DNA of 62,514 bases, the filler included. It is 3 parts of 3 records of this genome, joined end to end, with 100 filler letters (N's around TTAATTAATTAA, not from the genome) between each part and the next. Parts side by side here need not be neighbours in the genome. Positions count along the whole stretch, not along the records: positions 21,348 to 50,777 come from SRR31156797_4422; positions 50,878 to 62,514 come from SRR31156797_4430; 1 more part is not named here. One strand, 5' to 3'. The translations under genes and the position numbers were made by a program. This document shows, piece by piece, positions 46,328-56,634 of the stretch. Position 1 is the first letter of the stretch. Every line of letters starts with the position of its first letter. The notes beneath the pieces are model-generated. The model saw only the letters and a program-made list of their open reading frames with translations, did no database searches and was not told where the DNA came from.

Positions 46328-48481
46328 TTGAAAAAGAAGATTCTCCATACTATTGTTTTTTGTTGCTTACTGCTTCTATTTGTGATGCCGTTGTCATCAA
46401 TTGCTCAGGTTGATAGTCTTTTGCAAATAGCAAGAAATACCCCTGATGATACATCTAAAGTATTGTTATATTTTGATATTGCAGAGCATTATGAAAAGAA
46501 GGATGATACTTTGTATTTGTATTATATGGAGGAATCATTTGAGTTGTCTGAACGGATTGAATATAAAAGAGGGATAGTTAGATATTATGATGATATCGGA
46601 TATTTTTACAGGCAACGTTCCAATTATACCAAAGCTTTAGATGGGCATTTCAAAGCCTTAGAAATGGCTAAATCCATCAATTATAAATCCTATTTACCAC
46701 GAATCAACAATAATATTGGTGTGGTTTATAGACGATTAGATGATTATTCCCGCGCGGTAAGTTTCCATATTGATGCCTTAACAACCGCGGAGGAAGTAGG
46801 TGATGAGCGTAGTAAAATGTATGCCAGAAATAGTTTAGGGAATGTTTTTGCGCTAATGAAGCAATATGATCGTGCAATGACATATTTTAATGCTGCTCTC
46901 GATCAAGCGTCTGAATCACAGAATTTTAGGAGTCTGGCCATCAATTACAACAACATTGGAGAACTTTATGAAATTAAAGGTGAACTAGATACTGCCCTCA
47001 CATATTATTATAGGTCTTTAGAATTTAATCGTAAAATTGATAGTGAAAGAGGAATTGCGATATCATTTGATTGCCTTGGCTCTGTATATTTAAAATCTGG
47101 ACAATATGAGAAAGCAGTTGATCATTTCGAAAAAGCAATTGATTACAATCAAAGGTTAAATGATAACTATTTCACAGCTGTAAGTTTGCTAAATAGTGGC
47201 ATTGCATATTATAACTTGAATCAGATTAGCAAGGCAGTTAAATATTTAAAAGATGCGCTAAATTTAGCTCAGGAAATTGGAAATAAAGCAACTGCCAGAG
47301 ATGCTTACTATCACTTGTCAAAGATTTATGAGAAGCAAAGAATTCCATCATTGGCATTTGAAAATTATAAGCTTTATACAAGTTTAAAAGATACCATTCT
47401 TAACCTGGAGAATTCAAGAAATATAAGTAAGCTCCAAACGTTGTATGAGACTGAGAAGCAAAGGAGCAGAATCGAGTTGCTTGAAAAAGAAAAAATTCAA
47501 AAAGAAGAGTCTAGCCAACGGAAAACTATATTTATTCTTATACTTTTTATAGCTTTTGCCGGAATGGCCGTGCTTGCCATAGCTCTGTTAAGAGCAAATA
47601 ATAATAAGCGTAGAAATAATCAGGTATTGAAAGAGCAGGCTAGTGTAATTACAGAAAAGAACAAAGAACTTAGTCAACAGAAAGTTGAACTTGAGCAAAC
47701 TAATATTAAGATATCGGATAGTTTGCAATATGCCCAAAAGATTCAGCAGGCTTTACTGCCTCAGAAGTCAACTATGAACCTTCTTTTTGATGAATATTTT
47801 ATCTTTTATAATCCATTATCTGCTGTAAGTGGTGATTTTTATTGGGTTGGTGAAGTTGCAGAGAAAACCATAGTAGCTGTTGCAGATTGTACAGGTCATG
47901 GTGTTCCGGGAGCAATGATGAGCATGTTGGGTAATTCATATTTAAGTGAAACGCTTCGTAAGCCATATATACTGCATGCCAGTCAGGTGCTCAATGAAAT
48001 GAGAGATATGGTAGTTTCAGCTTTGCATCAGCAAGGTGTTCCCGGAGAGTCAAAAGATGGAATGGAAATGTCACTTGTCATATTTGATAAGCAAACTAAT
48101 GTGCTTGAATTTGCAGGAGCGCATTTATCTATCATTATTGCCAGATATCAAGATAATGACACCTACGAATTAAAAGAGCTTAAAGGAGATCGCATGCCAA
48201 TTGGTTATTACCGAAAAATGAATGATTTTTCTGATCAAACTATAAAAATTAATCCTGAAGATATTGTTTACTTATTTACTGATGGATATATTGATCAGTT
48301 TGGCGGCGAAAAGGGACAAAGATTTAGAAGCAAACCGTTTAGAGAGTTGATTGCTAAGAATGTGAAAAGACCAATGGAAGAGCAGTTGGAAATTATGCAA
48401 ACAACCTTCTATGAATGGAAGCAAGATCAAGAGCAAATTGATGATGTGTTAGTTATGGGAGTTCAATTTCCTATTAGTTAA
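46328..48481 (+). CDS. Signal peptide-TPR repeats-TM-SpoIIE/PP2C phosphatase (second paralog)
   Basis: NNIG TPRs, VSGDFYW, ADCTGHGVPGAMMS, DGME, FTDGY, QIDDV; TTG 46328 follows TATTTTTG promoter at 46301. Confidence 0.88.
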   Translation: MKKKILHTIVFCCLLLLFVMPLSSIAQVDSLLQIARNTPDDTSKVLLYFDIAEHYEKKDDTLYLYYMEESFELSERIEYKRGIVRYYDDIGYFYRQRSNYTKALDGHFKALEMAKSINYKSYLPRINNNIGVVYRRLDDYSRAVSFHIDALTTAEEVGDERSKMYARNSLGNVFALMKQYDRAMTYFNAALDQASESQNFRSLAINYNNIGELYEIKGELDTALTYYYRSLEFNRKIDSERGIAISFDCLGSVYLKSGQYEKAVDHFEKAIDYNQRLNDNYFTAVSLLNSGIAYYNLNQISKAVKYLKDALNLAQEIGNKATARDAYYHLSKIYEKQRIPSLAFENYKLYTSLKDTILNLENSRNISKLQTLYETEKQRSRIELLEKEKIQKEESSQRKTIFILILFIAFAGMAVLAIALLRANNNKRRNNQVLKEQASVITEKNKELSQQKVELEQTNIKISDSLQYAQKIQQALLPQKSTMNLLFDEYFIFYNPLSAVSGDFYWVGEVAEKTIVAVADCTGHGVPGAMMSMLGNSYLSETLRKPYILHASQVLNEMRDMVVSALHQQGVPGESKDGMEMSLVIFDKQTNVLEFAGAHLSIIIARYQDNDTYELKELKGDRMPIGYYRKMNDFSDQTIKINPEDIVYLFTDGYIDQFGGEKGQRFRSKPFRELIAKNVKRPMEEQLEIMQTTFYEWKQDQEQIDDVLVMGVQFPIS

Positions 48482-48632
48482 TTAATATTCATAATCATAT
48501 CATGTTATAGCTTCGAAAAAAAGTGTTTTAAAGCTATAATCTCTTTCATTTATTCTTTCATTCATAGGTTTTTAATGTATTTTTGCATTCTAGAATAATT
48601 TTTCGCTATTTTTAACGTATAAACCTGTAAGG

Positions 48633-50153
48633 ATGGGGAGTAAAAAAATTTCATCAGCACTTATTTCTGTTTTTAGTAAAGAAAATCTTGAACCAATAGT
48701 AAAAAAACTTGATGAGCTTGGCGTACAATTAATTTCAACTGGTGGTACTCAAAAGTTTATCAGTGATCTTGGTATTGAAGTTAAGGCCGTTGAGGAATTA
48801 ACTGATTATCCATCAATTTTAGGAGGTCGGGTAAAAACACTGCATCCTAAAGTATTTGGTGGAATACTTGCAAGAAGAAACAATGATAGTGATCAAAAGG
48901 ATATGGCAGAATATGCTATACCGGAAATTGATCTTGTAATTGTTGATTTATATCCTTTTGAAGATACTTTAGCCAGCAATGCTTCGCATCAGGAAATAAT
49001 TGAGAAAATAGATATTGGTGGAATTTCATTAATTAGAGCCGCAGCTAAAAATTATAATGATACGCTTGTAGTGAGCTCCAGAAATCAATATGGATTGTTG
49101 CAGGAATTATTGAATGATGGCAACGGAGAAACAACCTTAGAACAACGTAAAATATTTGCAGCGCAAGCATTTAATATCTCATCACATTATGACACTGCTA
49201 TATATAATTATATGTCAGGAGGTAACGATAATGTGTTTAAGCAAAGTATTATTCAAAGTAAAGAATTACGCTACGGGGAAAATCCACATCAAAAGGGTTA
49301 TTTCTATGGCAATTTTAATGAATTATTTGATCAACTAAATGGTAAAGAAATATCCTATAATAACTTATTGGATATTGATGCAGCAGTAAATCTTATTAGT
49401 GAATTTGATGAGACTACATTTGCCATACTTAAGCATAATAATGCTTGTGGTGTTGCATCACGTGAGTCTTTGCTTCAAGCATGGAAAGATGCTTTAGCAG
49501 GTGACCCGGTTTCTGCTTTCGGTGGTGTTTTGATTACAAATACTGAAGTAGATGAAGAAACGGCTATTGAAATAAATAAACTTTTCTTTGAGGTAATTAT
49601 TGCTCCAGGTTATACAGGAGAAGCTTTTGAGATATTAAAGCAAAACAAAAAACGAATAATTTTAAGAAGAAAAGAAAAAAAATTGCCTGAAAAACAGTTC
49701 AGATCAGTATTGAACGGTGTTTTAGGTCAGGACAAAGACCAATCAACAGAAGGTGTCAATGATTTTGAAAATGCCACTGAAAAGGGTCCAAATTCTGAGG
49801 AGGCAATTGATCTTATTTTCGCAAATAAATTAGTAAAACATACAAAATCAAATACAATTGTATTGGCTAAAAATAAACAATTGGTGGCAAGTGGAGTAGG
49901 TCAAACCAGCAGAGTTGATGCCCTAAAGCAAGCAATTGAAAAGGCTAAAAGTTTTAATTTTGATTTGAATGGAGCCGTAATGGCTTCAGATGCTTTCTTC
50001 CCGTTTGCAGACTCTGTTGAGATTGCTAAACAAGCAGGCGTAACAGCAGTTATTCAACCAGGAGGAAGTATTAGAGATAAAGACTCTATTGCATTTTGTA
50101 ATGAAAACAATATGTCAATGGTGTTTACAGGTAAAAGACATTTTAAGCATTAA
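48633..50153 (+). CDS. purH: Bifunctional AICAR formyltransferase/IMP cyclohydrolase
   Basis: STGGT, GRVKTLHP, DIGG, RYGENPHQ, SDAFFPF, QPGGS, RHFKH. Confidence 0.98.
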   Translation: MGSKKISSALISVFSKENLEPIVKKLDELGVQLISTGGTQKFISDLGIEVKAVEELTDYPSILGGRVKTLHPKVFGGILARRNNDSDQKDMAEYAIPEIDLVIVDLYPFEDTLASNASHQEIIEKIDIGGISLIRAAAKNYNDTLVVSSRNQYGLLQELLNDGNGETTLEQRKIFAAQAFNISSHYDTAIYNYMSGGNDNVFKQSIIQSKELRYGENPHQKGYFYGNFNELFDQLNGKEISYNNLLDIDAAVNLISEFDETTFAILKHNNACGVASRESLLQAWKDALAGDPVSAFGGVLITNTEVDEETAIEINKLFFEVIIAPGYTGEAFEILKQNKKRIILRRKEKKLPEKQFRSVLNGVLGQDKDQSTEGVNDFENATEKGPNSEEAIDLIFANKLVKHTKSNTIVLAKNKQLVASGVGQTSRVDALKQAIEKAKSFNFDLNGAVMASDAFFPFADSVEIAKQAGVTAVIQPGGSIRDKDSIAFCNENNMSMVFTGKRHFKH

Positions 50154-50165
50154 AAAAGATAAAAC

Positions 50166-50777
50166 ATGGGCTTGTTTTCCTTTCTAACTCAGGAGATTGC
50201 GATTGACCTGGGTACAGCAAATACCATCATTATCCATAACGATAAGATTGTTGTGGATGAGCCTTCGATAGTAGCCCTGGATAAAAATTCAGGAAAATTG
50301 ATTGCTATTGGTGAGAGAGCTCGACAAATGCATGGAAAAACGCACGAAAATATTACTACTATACGTCCGTTGCGTGATGGTGTTATTGCAGATTTTCATG
50401 CCGCTGAGCAAATGATCAGAGGAATGATTAAGATGATAAATAAGAAGTCACGATTGATGTCGCCTTCTCTTCGTATTGTAATTTGTATTCCTTCGGGTAG
50501 TACAGAAGTAGAGATGAGAGCGGTAAGAGATTCTTCAGAACATGCTGGAGGCCGTGAAGTATTTATGATATATGAACCAATGGCAGCAATGCTTGGTATT
50601 GGAATCGATGTTGAAGCACCTGAAGGAAATATGGTGGTTGACATAGGTGGAGGTACAACTGAGATTGCTGTAATTTCACTTGGTGGTATTGTAAGTAATA
50701 AATCGATACGTATTGCAGGTGATGACTTTACAGCTGATATAAAAGAATATATGCGTCATCAACATAATATTAAAATT
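50166..50777 (+). CDS. mreB: Rod shape-determining protein MreB (truncated at contig end)
   Basis: AIDLGTANT, RPLRDGVIADF, EPMAA, VVDIGGGTTE. Confidence 0.96.
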
Positions 50778-50877
50778 NNNNNNNNNNNNNNNNNNNNNNN
50801 NNNNNNNNNNNNNNNNNNNNNTTAATTAATTAANNNNNNNNNNNNNNNNNNNNNNNNNNNNNNNNNNNNNNNNNNNN
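50778..50877. other. Artificial contig spacer
   Basis: 44 N + TTAATTAATTAA + 44 N. Confidence 0.98.
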
Positions 50878-50898
50878 CGATTCATGAATCGCCCCTAC
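50878..50898 (-). repeat. GTAG-type REP-like palindrome, truncated at contig end
   Basis: Minus strand reads GTAGGGGCGATTCATGAATCG; core CGATTCATGAATCG is a perfect palindrome. Confidence 0.7.
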
Positions 50899-50920
50899 TA
50901 ATTTTTTGATCTATAGTTTC

Positions 50921-52753
50921 CTAACTTGTCTTTTTAAGAATCTCTCTTTCGTTTTCCTCCATAAATTGATTAGTATAAAGTTTAAAGTAATATCCTTTTT
51001 CCTCAATCAAATCATGGTGAGTTCCCTGTTCAGTAATTTTACCGTTTTTCATGACTAAAATTCTGTCGGCTGATTTAATAGTTGATAATCTATGAGCAAT
51101 TATAAAACTAGTTCGTCCGTCTAATACTTTATGAATTGCATCTTGAATTGCTGATTCAGTTTCGGTATCAATAGATGAAGTAGCTTCATCTAGTATTAAA
51201 ATTCTCGGATCAGCTAATATCGCTCTTGCAAATGAAATTAACTGTTTTTCACCGGTTGAAAGCCTTCCTCCGCCTTCACCTACTTCAGTTTCATAACCAT
51301 TTTCCATTTTCATTATAAATTCATGAGCATTAACTAATTTAGCAGCGTCTATGATTTCAGCTTCACTAATATCTTTGATTCCATATGCTAAGTTATCTTT
51401 GATAGTTCCACTAAAGAGATGTGGTGACTGCAATACATAACCTAATCTTGAATGAAGCCAATGAATTGATTTTTCTTTATAATCAATATCATCAATTAAG
51501 ATCTGTCCATCAACAGGCTCATAGAATCTACAAGCAAGATTAACAAGAGTACTCTTACCTGAACCTGTTTCTCCTACAATTGCAATAGTTTCTCCGGGAT
51601 TAACGGTTAAGTTAAGTCCTTCAATAATAGGTTCATTTTTATTGTAGTAAAACTCAAGGTTTTTAAATTCAACTTTTCCCTCTATCTCCTCATATTCATT
51701 TGGTTTAGGATTAAGTGTATCACCATATTTAGCAACTACATTTTCTGTATCAATTATTTCAGGTTCAGTTTCAATCATAGAGATAATTCTCTCAGCTGAA
51801 GCCTGAGCAGATAAGATTTCAGTAAAAACTCTTGCCATTTCTCTAAGTGGTTCGAAAAACCTTTCTGCATAAGTTATAAATGCAACCAAGGTACCATAAG
51901 TTATAACACCCTGTGCAATCTGATGACCACCTTTTGCTATGATTACTCCTATTCCTATACTTCCTACAGCAATGATTATTGGCAGATACATAGATGAAAA
52001 GATAGCGGCTTTTACAGACGATCTGTACATTGTAGATGTAAGTGATTCAAACTCATTTATATTTTCTGCTTCACATACAAGTGTTTTAGTTGTTATTGCA
52101 CCTGTGATTCCCTCGTTATATGATGCTGTTATTTTAGAGTTCGTTTTTTTAACTTTTCTATAACTTCCAAGAATCTTTTTCTGGAAGAAAATAGTACATC
52201 CGACTAATATAGGTAATATAAATGCAAGTGACAGTGTAAGTCTCGGATTCATCATAGTCATAACAACTAAAATCCCTGTCATCATAGATAATCCCCATAC
52301 CAGATCAACTAGTCCCCATGCAATGGTAGAACCAAGCTTATGTATATCTGATGTCATTCTGGCCATTAACCACCCTATAGGTGTTTTATCAAAGTATGAA
52401 AATGATAATTCCTGTAATCTTTTAAATCCGGCATCGGCAATATTATATCTTATTGCACATTCAATTTTACCAGCCAGGTAGATTAATAACCATACGTTTA
52501 TACTTTGCGTTATTCCCACTCCGGCAAAGATTAAACCAAATCTTTTGATTCCGTCTAAGTTACCCGGAATGATATATGTATCTATAGCAATTTTTGTCAT
52601 ATATGGAACCAGTACATCTATTCCACCGACAATTATCATTAATATAGTTAGGAGAATGAAGTTAACTTTTTGTTCTTTTCCAAATTTTAGCACTTTGAGC
52701 CATATTTTTAGATCAAAGCTTTTGGAAAACTCTTTCTCTTTAAATGCTTCCAC
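50921..52753 (-). CDS. ABC exporter half-transporter (TMD+NBD), consensus Walker B subunit
   Basis: GETGSGKST, degenerate signature LSTGEKQ, LILDEATSSID, IAHRLST; GTG start with AGGAGG. Confidence 0.93.
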   Translation of the reverse strand: MEAFKEKEFSKSFDLKIWLKVLKFGKEQKVNFILLTILMIIVGGIDVLVPYMTKIAIDTYIIPGNLDGIKRFGLIFAGVGITQSINVWLLIYLAGKIECAIRYNIADAGFKRLQELSFSYFDKTPIGWLMARMTSDIHKLGSTIAWGLVDLVWGLSMMTGILVVMTMMNPRLTLSLAFILPILVGCTIFFQKKILGSYRKVKKTNSKITASYNEGITGAITTKTLVCEAENINEFESLTSTMYRSSVKAAIFSSMYLPIIIAVGSIGIGVIIAKGGHQIAQGVITYGTLVAFITYAERFFEPLREMARVFTEILSAQASAERIISMIETEPEIIDTENVVAKYGDTLNPKPNEYEEIEGKVEFKNLEFYYNKNEPIIEGLNLTVNPGETIAIVGETGSGKSTLVNLACRFYEPVDGQILIDDIDYKEKSIHWLHSRLGYVLQSPHLFSGTIKDNLAYGIKDISEAEIIDAAKLVNAHEFIMKMENGYETEVGEGGGRLSTGEKQLISFARAILADPRILILDEATSSIDTETESAIQDAIHKVLDGRTSFIIAHRLSTIKSADRILVMKNGKITEQGTHHDLIEEKGYYFKLYTNQFMEENEREILKKTS

Positions 52754-52763
52754 TTTTGCCTCC

Positions 52764-53780
52764 TTAATAAATTTCTGTAATTATTTTATAAATATATCTC
52801 TTTATCTCTTCATCACCATTTGTGAAATTTGAAAAGATATTAATAATAATCTTTTTACTTGGTATATAAGTTGATATAAATCCAACACCTGCATCACAGC
52901 CGGAAGCTGAATAACATCTCTCATTTTCTAAATTAGAAGTATAAATCCCTAATCCATAGCCTGAATTCTCTGAAAAATCCACTTCAGTATTAATAAATCT
53001 TTTTAGATGTTCTTCACTAAGAATTTCATATGAGAAAAGATTTGCCCAAAACGCCTTCATATCGAAAGTGTTAGTATACATACCTCCATCTCCTCCTCCT
53101 CTTATTGGAAGTTGATAGATGTTTGAAACTAACTCTTTGTTTTTATTCATATAACCTGTGGCTGTATTTATAGGTAAATTGTTAAATGCATAAAAACCGG
53201 ATGAATTCATATTCATCGGAGTTAAAATTTTACTCTCAATATAATCCCGATATTTCATATTAGTGAGTTTTTCGATTATAACACCAAGGAAAACATAAGC
53301 ACCGTTAGAATATGAGAATTTTAAGCCTGGTTTAAATTTATACTTATTATTAATAAAAAGTGGTAAATAGTCATGAGGTGTATCAAGTTTATACCAAGGT
53401 ATTTTTACCTCAAAGTTGTCAAAATCTTCTATTAACTCTTCATCGTAATAATCGTACATTCCTGATTTATGACAAAGTAATTGTTGAATAGTTGCACTTC
53501 CATCTATAAATGAAAACTTTTCATTGAAAATATCATCTATAGTTGTAGAATATGTGATTACTCCTTCTTCAATTAATCTTAGGATTCCTAAAGCTGTAAA
53601 TGTTTTAGTTCCTGATGCAATACCAAAACTTGTTGAAGTATTATTCTCTAATTGATTTGAGAGCTGCATGAAACCAAAGGCATTACTATATATAGTTTCA
53701 TCTTCTTTGAAAATAGAAACTACACCTGAAAAATCAATTTTGGAACAATAATCATTAATTTTTTCTATAAATTTATTCAC
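52764..53780 (-). CDS. Serine hydrolase, beta-lactamase/PBP-like family (cytoplasmic)
   Basis: FGIASGTK (SxxK), LLCHKSG, FSYSNG (YxN), GDGGMY; no signal peptide. Confidence 0.88.
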   Translation of the reverse strand: MNKFIEKINDYCSKIDFSGVVSIFKEDETIYSNAFGFMQLSNQLENNTSTSFGIASGTKTFTALGILRLIEEGVITYSTTIDDIFNEKFSFIDGSATIQQLLCHKSGMYDYYDEELIEDFDNFEVKIPWYKLDTPHDYLPLFINNKYKFKPGLKFSYSNGAYVFLGVIIEKLTNMKYRDYIESKILTPMNMNSSGFYAFNNLPINTATGYMNKNKELVSNIYQLPIRGGGDGGMYTNTFDMKAFWANLFSYEILSEEHLKRFINTEVDFSENSGYGLGIYTSNLENERCYSASGCDAGVGFISTYIPSKKIIINIFSNFTNGDEEIKRYIYKIITEIY

Positions 53781-53807
53781 TTTTAACCTCCCTGATTAAT
53801 CTCATAA

Positions 53808-55649
53808 TTAGGCTTTTTGAGTTTGAAGTCCGGCAATAAGGACTTCAGTTTCAAGCTCATGTTTGATTTCATCATCAAGTTTATTTTGAATATCCCAAAT
53901 ATTTTTGTATATGCCGTCACTTTGAATTAGTTCCTCATGACTACCTTCTTGTGTAATATGTCCCTCTTCCAAAACTAAGATTCTATCAGCTTCTGCCAGA
54001 GTAGAGATTCTATGAGAAATAATAATTGTTGTTGTATTTTCATTTCTTGTATTAAGTGCAGTACGAATTTTTTTATCCGTTTCTGTATCAACTGCGCTTA
54101 ATGAATCATCAAAGATTAAAATAGGTGAATTTTTAAGTAGTGTTCTGGCAATTGCCAATCTTTGCTTTTGCCCTCCTGACAAGGTAACTCCCTTTTCACC
54201 AATTGCGGTATCATAACCTTTATCAAATTCTGATATAACATCGTGTATCGATGCAACTCTTGTAGCTTCGAATATATCATTATCTTTAGAATTTTTATTA
54301 GCTAAATTCATATTATCAATTATTGATTTTGAAAACATAAATGGTTCTTGTAGAACTATTCCGATATTCTCTCTTATCCATTTTTTATCAATAGAGTTTA
54401 ACTCAATTCCACCTACTTTGATAGACCCGTGTTTATAATCATAAAGTCTGGGAAGTAAATGAACTAAAGAAGATTTACCTGAACCTGTAGCACCTAATAT
54501 TGCTATTGTTTCCCCTTGATTAACTTTGAAAGATAAGTTATTAATAACATTATTTTCACCGTCATATGCAAATGAAACATTATCAAATTCAATATCACCT
54601 GTTATTTTGTGTTTTTCAGGATTAGTTGAAAAAGTCTCTATAGGAGAATCAAGTATTTCCTGAACTCTTTCTACCGCTACAAGTGCTTTACCCATTTCAG
54701 TTAGAATTCTTCCTAATTGTCTAATTGGCCATAATAAAATTCCTTCATACTGAATAAATTGGATCATAGTTCCAAGTGTAATTTCATTATTGACAACAAA
54801 ATAAGTAGATGTAAGCAGTAGTAAGATCATCTGCATAAAACTAAAGAAATCAGATACAGACCAGTACAGTGCAAACATGTTAATAAGCCTTGAAACTTCA
54901 CCAAGGTATTTTCCATTTTTTTTACTAAATTTTTCTATTTCAAACTCCTCTTTTGCAAAGGCCCTTACAACTCTCATTCCACTTAGATTTTCCTGAATAG
55001 CTGTAGATACATCTCCTTCTGATTCGTCACAGATTTTGAATTGTTTACGAATCTTCTGAAAATACATAACTGAAAATGTAAGTATAATAGGTATAAATGC
55101 CATTGCCGCAAGTGTAAGTTTTGGATTAAGTCTAAGCATCAGAATAAGTGCAATAGTTATAATTGCAAGTGTTCTACCTACTTCTACAAATTGCACAGCA
55201 AAGAAACTTCTAATTGTTTCTACATCTGAGCTACATCTTTGTACAAGATCACCTGTTTTGGCTTTGACAAAATAATCAAATGGCAAATGAGACAGATGCT
55301 CATATAGGTTATTTCTCAGTCTTTCTGCCATTGATTCAGATGCTTGTGCTGACCATTTTCCCTTGAAGTACATGAATACTCCCTCTGAGCTGGCAAATAT
55401 AAAAAGGAAAATCCCGCATATCCATAGATTTTGCGCTAAATTTGATTTGCCACCTAGTACTTCAATTATGTTTTTAACGATTGTTGGAGCACTTAATACT
55501 TTATCTCCAATAATCGAATCTATTGTTAATCTAATTATATATGGGCCTACGAACATTAAGATTGCAGCTGCGATTGTTGCAATCATTGCACTTACATATA
55601 ATGTTCGACTGCCTTTCATTAGATTCCATAATTCTTTTAAGTTTTTCAA
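53808..55649 (-). CDS. ABC exporter half-transporter (TMD+NBD), degenerate Walker B subunit
   Basis: GATGSGKSS, LSGGQKQR, LIFDDSLSAVD. Confidence 0.93.
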   Translation of the reverse strand: MKNLKELWNLMKGSRTLYVSAMIATIAAAILMFVGPYIIRLTIDSIIGDKVLSAPTIVKNIIEVLGGKSNLAQNLWICGIFLFIFASSEGVFMYFKGKWSAQASESMAERLRNNLYEHLSHLPFDYFVKAKTGDLVQRCSSDVETIRSFFAVQFVEVGRTLAIITIALILMLRLNPKLTLAAMAFIPIILTFSVMYFQKIRKQFKICDESEGDVSTAIQENLSGMRVVRAFAKEEFEIEKFSKKNGKYLGEVSRLINMFALYWSVSDFFSFMQMILLLLTSTYFVVNNEITLGTMIQFIQYEGILLWPIRQLGRILTEMGKALVAVERVQEILDSPIETFSTNPEKHKITGDIEFDNVSFAYDGENNVINNLSFKVNQGETIAILGATGSGKSSLVHLLPRLYDYKHGSIKVGGIELNSIDKKWIRENIGIVLQEPFMFSKSIIDNMNLANKNSKDNDIFEATRVASIHDVISEFDKGYDTAIGEKGVTLSGGQKQRLAIARTLLKNSPILIFDDSLSAVDTETDKKIRTALNTRNENTTTIIISHRISTLAEADRILVLEEGHITQEGSHEELIQSDGIYKNIWDIQNKLDDEIKHELETEVLIAGLQTQKA

Positions 55650-55678
55650 TTTTTCACCCCGTTATAACTAATTAATTA

Positions 55679-56602
55679 TTAATATGTTTTTTCCCATATA
55701 TGATTTACTTGATTAAGTTCAAAACCTATTTTTTTATAAAAATCCATATCTGATCCAACATAGATTTTTCTAGCACCTTTTTCATAGACTCTGTTAATAG
55801 CTTCGTAAATAGCAGACTTAGCTAATCCCATTTTATGATATTTTTTAATAGTGCCAACTGGTTCTAATACTGCAAGCTTATTAACTTCATCAAACCATAT
55901 AGTACAAAATGAAGATACTTCATCATTCTCATCTAATATCAGTATTTCTTGATCACTGAAATAATCTACAGCATTTGTTAAACCTGCAAATCCTTTTTCT
56001 CTGATTTTAACTTCCTCACAGTCAATAGGTTCTGAGTCTATCTGACTAAATGCTTTATAATGAGCTAAAGCCTTATCATATGCCGTTTTTTTATCTCCAG
56101 TTACTATTCTGAAATTTTTAGCAAGAGAATATTCCAATTTTTTTGAAATATTCATAACGCTTTCTTTTTCGCTCCAATCTGTTTTTATAAATCCTCTTTT
56201 ATGTGCGATTTCTTCCAGAGTTTCATAGTTTTCAGGAATTCTAAGTTGAATGATGTTTTTATTATTAACTTCTCTTTTGTGATTTTTTTCAATGAAGTCA
56301 AACATCTCTTCATAAATATTTACAGGAATATTAGAATCACTTAATTGAAAGAATGATTCACCTCTTTCTTCGCATTCGCAATTTGCAATGGCAATTATTT
56401 TATTATCTAATTCCCATAAAGCAGTATTTCTATTCCAATCTATATTTGTTAAATTTTTAAAAGGTACAACAAAATTACTGCAAAAATTAAGCCTGTCAAT
56501 TTTCCAATTACCTCTTCCTTGTTTACTTTCATAATTTTCAACAAGAAAAGTCCTGAAATGATCAAAATCACTATCTTTATACTCTCTAAATTCTATGTTC
56601 AT
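55679..56602 (-). CDS. GNAT family N-acetyltransferase
   Basis: LEPVGTIKKYHKMGLAK motif A, FYKKIGF. Confidence 0.87.
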   Translation of the reverse strand: MNIEFREYKDSDFDHFRTFLVENYESKQGRGNWKIDRLNFCSNFVVPFKNLTNIDWNRNTALWELDNKIIAIANCECEERGESFFQLSDSNIPVNIYEEMFDFIEKNHKREVNNKNIIQLRIPENYETLEEIAHKRGFIKTDWSEKESVMNISKKLEYSLAKNFRIVTGDKKTAYDKALAHYKAFSQIDSEPIDCEEVKIREKGFAGLTNAVDYFSDQEILILDENDEVSSFCTIWFDEVNKLAVLEPVGTIKKYHKMGLAKSAIYEAINRVYEKGARKIYVGSDMDFYKKIGFELNQVNHIWEKTY

Positions 56603-56634
56603 ATTAGCACTCCTTCTTTAAATAAATATAAAAA

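Noticed and set aside
52764-53780. Calling the serine hydrolase a true beta-lactamase
   Set aside because: No signal peptide and no clear KTG motif; the family includes esterases and peptidases
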